Shown here: one piece after another, positions 16,589-24,908 of the stretch
How positions within the stretch are numbered: the stretch's first letter is position 1
Layout: every line of letters starts with the position of its first letter
Source: Gemmata obscuriglobus
Lineage (GTDB): Bacteria; Planctomycetota; Planctomycetia; Gemmatales; Gemmataceae
Length of the DNA stretch: 32,000 nucleotides
Assembly: GCF_008065095.1 (NCBI RefSeq)
Contig: NZ_CP042911.1
Coordinates: 7,680,001-7,712,000, forward strand
Direction of reading: 5' to 3'
The notes under the pieces: generated by a model
Database searches by the model: none
What the model was told of the DNA's origin: nothing
Seen by the model: only the letters and a program-made list of their open reading frames with translations
Position numbers and translations under genes: made by a program

Positions 16589-16842
16589 CCGTTGCTCCAG
16601 GCGGGGGGGGCAATTGGGGGCCAGCGTCTGGAACATAGCACGCCGAACTCGGGCTCTCGCGCCCGAGCGGTTCCGGGCGCGGCCCTCGCCACTGAGAGTG
16701 TGCCATCAAAAGCAGGGGGATGGCTCACGACCGCGCAGGCGTGCGTCGGCCCGAGCGGGCCGCGTTGAGGTGGCGCGCCGGCTCTCCCCGGAAGGGGGCC
16801 GCCGACGCGACGTGATCTGAACCGTCAGTTGAAATGCTCTCC

Positions 16843-17649
16843 TCACCGCCCGCACGGCAGGACCGCGGGTTCCGGGAGCCAGCCGGCCGTGCCCCCGGGC
16901 AGTTGCACCTGCACCCACCCGCCGCGGCGCGACAGCTCGCGCACCTCCGCCCCCCGCGGCAGCGCCGGCTCGATGCGGGGCGGGTACTCGGCCGCGTTCC
17001 CCTTTCGCAAGTGAACGTCTTCCGCCACCACCAAGAGCGGGAGCGACTCGGCCCCTCCGCGTGCCCGCGCGTCCTGCACCCACAGCGCCGCTAGCGCGCC
17101 CAGGCCGCACAGCCCGACCGTCGCCCACGCGAGCCACGCCGCGCGACGGGTGGCGACGAACCGCGCCGCGCTGCCGCACGCCACCAGCCACATCAGCCCG
17201 CTCAACAGCCACGTGTCGAGGGCCGACAGCCGCGTGCTCACGGTGCGGACCGGCACGGGCTTCCCCTGCGCCGCCAGCTCGCCTTCGAGCGGGTACAGTA
17301 CGCCCGCGCGGGCGTCTTCGAGTTCCACCTGGAGCGGCCGGCTGAACCGGGCGACCGCGAGCCCGTCGTGAAGGGCGGCGACGGCCCGGGGCAGGCTCCC
17401 GGCGAGCCGGTGCGCGCGGCTCCGGTTCAGCGCCAGTTCCGGGTTGCGGTGCCCCCGCGCCCAGAGGTCGTCGTAGGCCGCCGCGGCCCGGGCGAACGCG
17501 GGGCGGGCGGTCTCGGCGTCGGCCCGCGACTCCACGCCCTCCGCGAACGCCCGCTCCGCCGCCGCGAGCGTGTCCTCGGGCGCGGTCGCGCCCGCGGCGG
17601 CGACCGTCAGGAGAACGGCCAAGAGTGCGACAGGGGCTAGCCGCTTCAC
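16843..17649 (-). CDS. BatE-like protein (TPR-like N-terminus, TM helices, C-terminal SH3)
   Basis: The GTG start at 17649 overlaps the upstream stop (GTGA). Signal/TM VKRLAPVALLAVLLTVAAAG, internal TM helices, and a C-terminal AEVRELSRRGGWVQVQLPGGTAGWLPEPAV bacterial SH3-like segment. Confidence 0.8.
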   Translation of the reverse strand: MKRLAPVALLAVLLTVAAAGATAPEDTLAAAERAFAEGVESRADAETARPAFARAAAAYDDLWARGHRNPELALNRSRAHRLAGSLPRAVAALHDGLAVARFSRPLQVELEDARAGVLYPLEGELAAQGKPVPVRTVSTRLSALDTWLLSGLMWLVACGSAARFVATRRAAWLAWATVGLCGLGALAALWVQDARARGGAESLPLLVVAEDVHLRKGNAAEYPPRIEPALPRGAEVRELSRRGGWVQVQLPGGTAGWLPEPAVLPCGR

Positions 17650-18665
17650 GCGAGCGCCTCCAGCCGCGTGAGCAGCGCTTCGGCCTCGGTCGCGAGGGCC
17701 GTTTCCGCACCGGTCGGCGCGAACCGCGCGCGGTCGCACGCGCGGAGCACCTCGGCGACCCGTTCGGCCACGTCCGCGGGCACGTCGAGTTGCCGCAGGG
17801 CGGACACAGTTTCGGACGGCGTGACCGTGCTCTCCGGTAGCAGGAACCGCGCCCGCAGGTAGCCCAGCACCGCGCCCGCGATCGCCGCGGGCGGGTCGGG
17901 GGCGCGGTTCGCCTTTCGGATCTGCTCGACGGCCCGGCGCGCGGCCCGGGACCGCCGCGCCCGCGCGAGCCGCGCCGCGGTCGGGTTGAACCGGCGCCAC
18001 ACGAGGAACCACCCGACGGCCGCGAGCGGCCCCGCCAGAACAGCCGCGCCCCACGCCCACACGCCGGGCACGAACGGCCCGCGGCCGAGCGGGTCCGCAC
18101 CGGTTTCGAGCTGGAACAGGCGCTCCGGCGCCTCGAGCGGCACCACCCGGCGCTCCACCTTCGGCGCCTCACGAACCGTTATGGCGGGTGTGTCCTCGTC
18201 GCGGTCGGTGCGGGTGGACGGGAACTGCTGCTTGCCCGGCGGCGCGCCCGGGTTGAAGTAACTGAACTTGAGCGGCGGGACCTCTTTCACGTCGGTGCCG
18301 CGCGGGGCCAGCTTGTACACGAACCGGACTTCCTTGTCGGTCGGGGAGCGGGTCGGGTCGGGCACGTCCGTCACCTTGAACACGTCGAACCCGGGGAGCT
18401 TCCGCAGGTCGGGCTTCACGATTTCGGTGGGGTTCGTCGCGCCCGTGACGACGAGCGTGGCGGTCAGGTCGCGGCCCACCAGCACCTCCCGCGGCTCGAC
18501 CACCCACCGCACGCTGATGCTGCTCCCCTTCGCCTTGTAGTAGTGCTCTTTCGGCTCGAAAAAGGCCGGCTGTCCAGCCCATAACGGCCGGTGAGCGGCG
18601 AGCAGCGGTCCGAGCGCGGCCAGCAGCAGGGCGCCGCGTAACGTGTTACGGTCAAGAAAAAGCAT
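17646..18665 (-). CDS. BatD-like (oxygen-tolerance family) membrane protein
   Basis: MLFLDRNTLRGALLLAALGPLLA signal, a beta-rich ectodomain, a single TM GVWAWGAAVLAGPLAAVGWFLVW and a cytoplasmic helical tail. It sits between the TPR and SH3 genes, as in bat operons. Start at ATG 18665. Confidence 0.85.
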   Translation of the reverse strand: MLFLDRNTLRGALLLAALGPLLAAHRPLWAGQPAFFEPKEHYYKAKGSSISVRWVVEPREVLVGRDLTATLVVTGATNPTEIVKPDLRKLPGFDVFKVTDVPDPTRSPTDKEVRFVYKLAPRGTDVKEVPPLKFSYFNPGAPPGKQQFPSTRTDRDEDTPAITVREAPKVERRVVPLEAPERLFQLETGADPLGRGPFVPGVWAWGAAVLAGPLAAVGWFLVWRRFNPTAARLARARRSRAARRAVEQIRKANRAPDPPAAIAGAVLGYLRARFLLPESTVTPSETVSALRQLDVPADVAERVAEVLRACDRARFAPTGAETALATEAEALLTRLEALA

Positions 18666-18697
18666 GTGCCCCCGTCGCTCGTCGCCCGTCGCGGCCT

Positions 18698-19573
18698 TCA
18701 CCAGTCCCGAACGGCGGTGCGCTCGGGGCCGTACAGGGTGCGGAGCAGCGACTGCTGCTCCCGGCGGTTGCGCTTCTCGATCTCGGCGAGGGTCGCCCGC
18801 GCGTCCCTCTCGCTCAACTGCTGCACCTGTGCGTCGTCCTTGAGCACCTCGAGCGCCGCGTTGTTGCCGGCGGTGGTCTGGTCGGTTTCGGTCGGCTTGA
18901 TGGTCGTGCCCTGTTGCTGCTGCGCCTGAGCCCCCCCGGGGCCTTTCGACACGCCCGAGTCGGTCGGCTGCTCGCCGCCGTTGGGGTCGGGGTCGCCGCC
19001 GCCCGGCTGCTGGTCCGGGCGCTGGCGCGGCTGGTGCGTCTCTTCCGGCGGCACGTCCGTGTTGGGCGACTTCTTCTTGTTCTCCTCTTTCGCCCGCTCC
19101 TTCGCGCACAACAGCTTCGCCAGTTCGATGTTGTGGCGGGCGTCGGCGCGGAGCCGCTCGTCGGTCGCGGGGCTGTCGAGCGTGTGCTCGAAGCACGCGA
19201 CCGCGGCCCGGAACACCTCCCACGAGCCGCCCCGGTGCAGCAGGCAGGTGCCGCGGTTGTACCACGCCCGCGCGGCGCGGTCCGGCGGGCACGCGGCGTC
19301 GTCCAGGACGCACGCGTAGAGCTGTTCGGCGTCGCGGTACTTCTGCCGGTCGAACAGCACCACCCCGCGGTTGAACGCGACCAGCCCCGGGTCGCCGGTG
19401 CGCTCCTCCGCCCGGGCGTAGAACTGGTCGGCGCCGGCCTTATCGCCCTCGCGGAACAGCGCGTTCGCTTGTCGGATCAGGTCGTCGGGCGCGTCCTCGT
19501 GCGGCGGGGCCGCCGCGGCGAGCAGGCAAACGACGACCGACAACAGACAAAAGAGGCTACGGGTGAGACGCAT
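18698..19573 (-). CDS. BatC-like TPR protein with an acidic/Gln/Pro-rich tail
   Basis: MRLTRSLFCLLSVVVCLLAAA signal/anchor. TPR-like ANALFREGDKAGADQFYARA, FNRGVVLFDRQKYRDAEQLY, WYNRGTCLL. Low-complexity C-terminus. Start at ATG 19573. Confidence 0.8.
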   Translation of the reverse strand: MRLTRSLFCLLSVVVCLLAAAAPPHEDAPDDLIRQANALFREGDKAGADQFYARAEERTGDPGLVAFNRGVVLFDRQKYRDAEQLYACVLDDAACPPDRAARAWYNRGTCLLHRGGSWEVFRAAVACFEHTLDSPATDERLRADARHNIELAKLLCAKERAKEENKKKSPNTDVPPEETHQPRQRPDQQPGGGDPDPNGGEQPTDSGVSKGPGGAQAQQQQGTTIKPTETDQTTAGNNAALEVLKDDAQVQQLSERDARATLAEIEKRNRREQQSLLRTLYGPERTAVRDW

Positions 19574-19638
19574 TGCCGTTCCCCGTTCGTTGCGGGCCAC
19601 GTTCGACATTGTATCCGCCGCCATCACATTTCGCCGCG

Positions 19639-20742
19639 TCAGCGCCCGCGGAGCCAGCCGACAAAAAACAGGGCCAGCGCCGGGGCCAGGAGCCACGGGT
19701 ACCGCTCCTTCGGCTGCGGCACCTGGTCGTCGCCGACCACCGTTCGCAGCTTGTGCCCCTCGATGCAGTTCAGGAAGAACTCACCGAGCCGCGGCGGGCC
19801 GGTGCGGGCCGCCACGTACTCCCCCTGCGTCTCCCCCGCGATCAGCTTCAGCGGCTTGTCCTCGCCCTCTTCGAGCTTGGTGCTGAACGGCTCGACCGCG
19901 TCCGGCCCGAGGTCGGGCACGGTGGGCTGGCCCGGGTTCCCCACGCCGACCGTGTGGACCGGGACGTTGGCCGTGCGGGCCGCGTTCGCCCCGCGCACCC
20001 ACTCGCGGTCGGACTCTTCGGGGTCGTCGCCGTCGGAGATGAGGACGATGTCCTGCGCCCCGACGAACCGCGGGTCGTGCGCCGCGACGGCCGCGACCAG
20101 CGCCGCGCCGAACCGTGTTCCGGAGGTGGCGTCGGCCTCGGGGCCGGGCCGGCACTCGGGCGGCGGGAACCTGCCGTTCACGGCCCGCAGAACCGCCCGC
20201 GCGTGCTTGTAATCGGTGGTGAGCGGGCACACCAGCTTCGGCCGCGCCGCGAACAGCACGACCCCGACCCGGTGCCCCCCGCGCCGCTCCATCGCGGCGA
20301 GCAGGTCGAGCGCGCCGGACCGCGCGGCCTCCCAGCGCGACTTGGCCCCGGGGTCGGCCATGTCCTCGGCGAGCATCGAGCGGCTCAGGTCGATCACGAT
20401 CACCGTGTCGCGCCCGACCGCGACGCCGGGCTCGTCGCTCTCGCCCCACCGCGGCCCCGCGAGGCCGACCACCAGGAGCAGCCACGCGAGCGGGTAGGTC
20501 AGCCCGGCCCAGCGCCGCCGCGGCCGCGGGTGCGTGAGCTGACCGGTGAGCGCCGCCGGGCGCCCGACGCCCGCGAGGGCCGCCCGCCGCCGCCGGGCGG
20601 CGTAGCGGTTCAGCAGGGCGAGCAGCGGGAGCAGCGCCAGCAGCCACAGCGCGGCGGGGCGCCCCAGCCGCACGGCCGCGAGGAACTCGCGCCCGTCGGT
20701 CAGCAGCCCGCCCAGGCCGGAAGACGCCGTGAAGAGGAGCAT
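19639..20742 (-). CDS. VWA-domain membrane protein, BatB-like
   Basis: N-terminal TM pair (PAALWLLALLPLLALL), MIDAS motif VIVIDLSRSM (DxSxS), ISDGDD and a C-terminal TM. ATG 20742 is preferred over TTG 20814 because the intervening codons have poor third-position GC. Confidence 0.85.
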   Translation of the reverse strand: MLLFTASSGLGGLLTDGREFLAAVRLGRPAALWLLALLPLLALLNRYAARRRRAALAGVGRPAALTGQLTHPRPRRRWAGLTYPLAWLLLVVGLAGPRWGESDEPGVAVGRDTVIVIDLSRSMLAEDMADPGAKSRWEAARSGALDLLAAMERRGGHRVGVVLFAARPKLVCPLTTDYKHARAVLRAVNGRFPPPECRPGPEADATSGTRFGAALVAAVAAHDPRFVGAQDIVLISDGDDPEESDREWVRGANAARTANVPVHTVGVGNPGQPTVPDLGPDAVEPFSTKLEEGEDKPLKLIAGETQGEYVAARTGPPRLGEFFLNCIEGHKLRTVVGDDQVPQPKERYPWLLAPALALFFVGWLRGR

Positions 20743-20821
20743 AAAGCGGTAACCGCTTGGGACCACAAACAGTGGGAACGAAGGACCCGTGCGCCTTCGT
20801 GGCGAGCGTTTCAACCGCCGC

Positions 20822-21886
20822 TCACGTCATGGTGCGCCAGGCGGTTCGGTCGAGCGCGTGCGCCGACAGCAGTAAGACGAGCGCGGCCCCGGCGCACCAC
20901 GCGTAGTAGTCGAAGTACCGGCGGTAGATCGGCGCCCGGTCGTCGGTCTTCTCCAGCAGGCTGATCTCGCGGTACGCGGACAGCAGTTCGGCCCCGCTGG
21001 TCGCCTGGAACGACTTGCCGCCGGTCATCTCGGCCACGTCCTTGAGCGCCTTGCGGCCGGCGAACCGCTGCGCGACGGCGTCGGGCGGGGCGCCGAGGGG
21101 CGGGTCGCCGCCGGCGTCGATGGTGTACACCCGGACCCCGAGGTTCGCGGCGAGCTGCGCCGCCTCCCGGGGCTTCAGCGTGCGGTCGATGCCCGGGCGC
21201 TGCGCGTCGCGCACGTCCTCCTTGAGGATGTTGTGCTCGCCGTCGCTCAGGAGGATCAGCACCCGCGACTTCTGGTCGGCGGCGTCGAGGCGGATGACCG
21301 CTTCGGCGAGCGAGTCGCCGATGTTGGTCCCGGCGTCCGCGCCGCCCTTCGGCTGGAGCGCGTCCGCCACCTTGAACAGCACCGAGTGGTTGAGCGTGGC
21401 GGGGCACACCGTTTCGGGCACCGCGGCGAACGCGACCAGCCCGACCGCGTCGCCGGGGCGCGGGTCGAACGCGGTGCCGTCCGGAGCCGCGCCGCCGGCG
21501 AGGAACAGTTTGAGGGCGCGCCGGGCCGCTTCAAGCCGCGAGACCGACGGGGCGCCGGGGGTCCAGACCACGTCCTCGGCCCCCATGCTGCCGCTCACGT
21601 CCAGCGCCACCACCAGCGCGATCCCTTTCGCGGGCAACTGCGTGACCAGGTCCGGCCGGCGCGGCCCGGCGCACGCGACGACCAGCAGCAGGCACGCCAG
21701 CCCGCGCAGCGCGGGGCCGCCCCGGCGCGCGGCGGTGGCGCGCCGCCCGGGGCGCGCGCCGAACCGGCTCACGTCGCTGAACCGCAGCGCGGGGCGCGAC
21801 CGCCGGCCCCACCACCACGCGACGAACAGCGCGAGCGGCGCCAGCCACAGGAAGTCGGGGTTCTCGAACGACAACTCGCCGGCCAT
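20822..21886 (-). CDS. VWA-domain membrane protein, BatA-like
   Basis: MAGELSFENPDFLWLAPLALFVAWWW N-terminus typical of BatA. MIDAS LVVALDVSGSM, LLSDGEHN and a C-terminal TM. GAGGGG RBS before ATG 21886. Confidence 0.88.
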   Translation of the reverse strand: MAGELSFENPDFLWLAPLALFVAWWWGRRSRPALRFSDVSRFGARPGRRATAARRGGPALRGLACLLLVVACAGPRRPDLVTQLPAKGIALVVALDVSGSMGAEDVVWTPGAPSVSRLEAARRALKLFLAGGAAPDGTAFDPRPGDAVGLVAFAAVPETVCPATLNHSVLFKVADALQPKGGADAGTNIGDSLAEAVIRLDAADQKSRVLILLSDGEHNILKEDVRDAQRPGIDRTLKPREAAQLAANLGVRVYTIDAGGDPPLGAPPDAVAQRFAGRKALKDVAEMTGGKSFQATSGAELLSAYREISLLEKTDDRAPIYRRYFDYYAWCAGAALVLLLSAHALDRTAWRTMT

Positions 21887-22599
21887 CCCCTCAAGATGCA
21901 CGAACCCCGCGCGCGAAGCAAGGCGCGCCCGCCAACATCGGGCGTGCGCCGCACGCGGAGCGCGATACCAAGCTTTCGATTTCGACGCCACATACTGCAG
22001 GGCCGCAGGCTTGACGGCGGCAACTGTGCTGGTAAGCGGGGACGTTGTGTGTTGCTATTGGAAAAGGGAACTCCGCGTCAAAATCCTGATTCACGGTCCG
22101 GCGGTTGTGCCTGTTTCTGTGGCACAGACATTGCGCGTTCATGTACAAAGCCGCGCGAACTTGAAACGACCGGATTCGGTATGACTCCTTTCGCGGTCCG
22201 AACTCACACGACTGTAACGGGGCTTACAGCGCCGCGCGGGTGGACGCCGACTGGACATCTGCTACCTTCCGGCTGGCTGTTCGCTGGTGCGTCGCTACCA
22301 CACGAGTCGCACGTTTAAGGCGTTAAAACGTGCCTCCGAGACAACGGCGTCAGCCCGGAAACGCTCAATGTGATTCGACACAAAGCATTGCTATCGTGAT
22401 ATTTGTGTCCAAAGCAACCGGCACACCTGACGTTGGATGGGAAATGCCCGACGTGCGAACGAGTCGGGTACGGAGCCGACGTGAAGTCCGAAACCCGAAG
22501 TTCAGATTCCGGGTAACTCCGTACCGAGGGGCGGGTTGTTGATCTGAACCGGTCGCCGGGCACACGGCCCGCGCCCTTGCGTCACACGGAACTCGACCC

Positions 22600-24588
22600 A
22601 TGCGACTGACCGCCTTGGTCCTCACGCTCGCCACCGCCTGCACGGTCGCGGCCGATGACGCCCTGCCCGCGCCGCGTGCCCAAAAGGGTGCGGACGCCGA
22701 CCCGAAAGAGGCGCCGAAGCTCCGCCTCCCGGGCGAAGCCGGGGTGAGCCGGTTGATCCCGGACGTGCCCTTCACCGACCTCGCGGGCAAGGCGGGCAAG
22801 CTGTCGGACTTCAAGCAAAGCAAGCTGCTCGTGGTGGCGTTCACCAACACCACTTGCCCCCTGTGCAAGAAGTACACGCCGGTCCTTCAGCGGCTCGAAA
22901 AGGAGTTCGCACCGAAGGGCGTGAGCTTCCTGTTCGTGAACCCGACGAGGGGCGACAAGCCGGACGCCACGACCTTCGCCGGGCGCTACGCCCACGACAC
23001 CGACGGGACGCTGACCGCCGCGCTCGGCGCGACCAGCACCACCGAAGTGTTCGTTCTCGACGCGGCGCGAACGGTCCAGTACCGCGGCGCGGTCAGCGAC
23101 CAGTACGGGCTCGGGTACGCCCTCGACGCGCCCCGCGCGAACTACCTCGCCACCGCGCTGAACGACCTCCTCGCCGACAAGCGGCCCGTCGTTCAGGCCA
23201 CCACCGCGCCGGGGTGCGAGCTGGCCCCCGACCGCGCCAAGGCGCCCGCGGTGGCGCTCACGTACCACGCCCGGGTCGAGCGCATCGTGCAGGCGAACTG
23301 CGCCGAGTGCCACCGCAAGGGCGGCGTCGGCCCGTTCGTGCTCGACACCTACGACGCGGTCGTCGCGAACAAGGGGATGATCCGCAAGGTGGTGGACAAG
23401 GGGACGATGCCGCCGTGGTTCGCGGCCCCGCCAAAAAAGGGCGAGCACTCGCCGTTCGCCAACGACCGCACGCTGACCGAGGGCGACAAGCGCGACCTGC
23501 TCGCGTGGCTCGCGGGCGACCTGAAGAAGGGAGACCCGGCCGACGCCCCGCTCCCGCGGAAGGACGAGAGCGGGTGGGGGCTCGGCAAACCGGACGCGGT
23601 GTTCCAACTGCCCAAGCCGGTCGCGATCAAGGCCGAAGGGACGATGCCGTACCAGGTGGTGAGCGTTCCAACGGAGTTCGACGAGGACAAGTGGGTGCAG
23701 GCCCTGGAGGTGCAGCCGGGGGCGCGCGAGGTCGTCCACCACGTCCTCGTGTTCGCGCTGCCGAAGGGCCAGCGGATCGGCGGCGAGGCGCAGGGGTTCT
23801 TCGCGGCCTATGTGCCCGGCAGCACCGCGCTGGTGTACCCGGAGGGGTACGCGAAGAAGCTCCCGAAGGGCGCGAACCTGGTGTTCCAGCTGCACTACAC
23901 CCCGAACGGCACGGCCACCACCGACCGCACCCGCATCGGGCTGGTGTTCGCGAACACGGCCCCGCGGTACGAGGTGCGGGTGACGGGCATCGCGAACCCG
24001 GCGTTCACGATCCCGGCCGGGGCCGAGAACCACCGCGTGAACGCTAGCATCCCGTACGTGCCGTTCGACGCCCACGTCCTGGCGCTGTTCCCGCACGCCC
24101 ACCTGCGCGGCAAGGCGGCCCGGTACGAGCTGAGGGCCGGCGGCAAGACGACCACCCTGCTCGACGTGCCGCACTACGACTTCAACTGGCAGTTGCAGTA
24201 CCGGTTCGCCGAGCCGGTGCCGGTGCCCAAAGGGAGCGTGCTGACGTACACGGCGTGGTACGACAACAGCGACAAGAACCCCGCCAACCCGGACGCCACC
24301 AGGCCCGTGCGGTGGGGGCCGCAGACCGCCGACGAGATGCACCTGGGGTACGTCGAGTTCGTGGTCGCCCCGGGCGCCCCGGCGGGCGGGTTACTCAACC
24401 TGCGCCCCGGCGCCGCGGCCGACTTCAAGTTTCCGAAGGACGGGATCGTGATCCCCGACCAGTTCAAGGAGCGCTTCAAGCGGTTCGACACCAACGACGA
24501 CGGCAAGCTCGACGAAAAGGAGTTCAACGCCCTGCCCGAAGCCGTGAAGGCGGTCGTCATCGGGTACGTCCAGCGCACCGCGCCGTGA
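22600..24588 (+). CDS. secreted multi-domain redox protein: thioredoxin-like (CPLC) + heme-c site (CAECH) + copper type II monooxygenase-like fold + EF-hand
   Basis: Signal peptide MRLTALVLTLATACTVAA. CPLC at 22855-22866 in a redoxin-like context (LLVVAFTNTTCPLCKKY). CAECH at 23299-23313. VVHHVLVF (23737-23742), QLHYTPNG, FPHAHLRGK (24094-24102) and ADEMHLGY resemble the CuH (HH..H) and CuM (HxH..M) ligand sets of PHM/DBH. DTNDDGKLDEKE (24487-24522) is a canonical 12-residue EF-hand loop. Confidence 0.9.
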   Translation: MRLTALVLTLATACTVAADDALPAPRAQKGADADPKEAPKLRLPGEAGVSRLIPDVPFTDLAGKAGKLSDFKQSKLLVVAFTNTTCPLCKKYTPVLQRLEKEFAPKGVSFLFVNPTRGDKPDATTFAGRYAHDTDGTLTAALGATSTTEVFVLDAARTVQYRGAVSDQYGLGYALDAPRANYLATALNDLLADKRPVVQATTAPGCELAPDRAKAPAVALTYHARVERIVQANCAECHRKGGVGPFVLDTYDAVVANKGMIRKVVDKGTMPPWFAAPPKKGEHSPFANDRTLTEGDKRDLLAWLAGDLKKGDPADAPLPRKDESGWGLGKPDAVFQLPKPVAIKAEGTMPYQVVSVPTEFDEDKWVQALEVQPGAREVVHHVLVFALPKGQRIGGEAQGFFAAYVPGSTALVYPEGYAKKLPKGANLVFQLHYTPNGTATTDRTRIGLVFANTAPRYEVRVTGIANPAFTIPAGAENHRVNASIPYVPFDAHVLALFPHAHLRGKAARYELRAGGKTTTLLDVPHYDFNWQLQYRFAEPVPVPKGSVLTYTAWYDNSDKNPANPDATRPVRWGPQTADEMHLGYVEFVVAPGAPAGGLLNLRPGAAADFKFPKDGIVIPDQFKERFKRFDTNDDGKLDEKEFNALPEAVKAVVIGYVQRTAP

Positions 24589-24602
24589 TCGGAAGTGAGG
24601 CC

Positions 24603-24732
24603 GGTTCTGGTGTTCCGTGGTCCGCTCGCTCCGCGAGCGGTTGCAACCGTGTGCAGAGTGCATCGAATGTCGCTAATTTGATGCCCGAAGCACCGCTCGC
24701 GGAGCGAGCGGGCCACACTGAAGACCAGAACC
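24603..24732. repeat. nested palindromic element just after the stop codon (about 40-nt arms, about 49-nt AT-richer centre)
   Basis: 24603-24641 pairs with 24691-24732. The outer 9 nt (GGTTCTGGT) and inner 20 nt (CCGCTCGCTCCGCGAGCGGT) match perfectly, and the middle is imperfect. Each arm also contains its own 8-bp hairpin, CCGCTCGC nnn GCGAGCGG. Confidence 0.85.
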
Positions 24733-24908
24733 CCCAATCCGTCGGTATGAAGAATCAGGAGCCGGCCCGCACAATTCTCGTGCCACCCTGATTCCTGATT
24801 CCCCGCTGCTGCCATCAGCCGATCGAACCGGCGGGGTGGCTGTACCGTAGTACCTCTGGACGCTACAACGGCTCCAACCGCCATTCTGTCCAGAGTCCAC
24901 ACACAGTC

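Noticed and set aside
15594-16820. Three additional long ORFs over the LRR gene (15594..16820 +, 15614..16768 +, 15660..16709 -), and the possibility that the 72-bp periodic repeats are a CRISPR array
   Set aside because: The repeats are contiguous with no unique spacers, and they are in frame, encoding a canonical LRR consensus with a signal peptide. The other frames stay open only because the same stop-free unit repeats.
20743-20814. TTG 20814 as the batB-like start (ORF-track boundary)
   Set aside because: The 24 codons before ATG 20742 have poor third-position GC (about 58% by hand count), unlike coding sequence here. It is still possible.
16706-21407. Long overlapping ORFs across the bat operon (16706..18172 -, 18914..20212 +, 19573..20964 +, 19781..20647 -, 20811..21407 -, 21015..22184 +, 21233..22318 +)
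   Set aside because: All are Arg/Pro/Gly/Ala-rich shadows. The chosen frames have MIDAS motifs, TPRs, TM helices and sensible starts.
22582-24342. 586-aa ORF on the - strand, plus the +2-frame ORF 22854..24047
   Set aside because: Both overlap the motif-rich 22600..24588 CDS and encode Arg/Gly/Pro-dominated strings without motifs.
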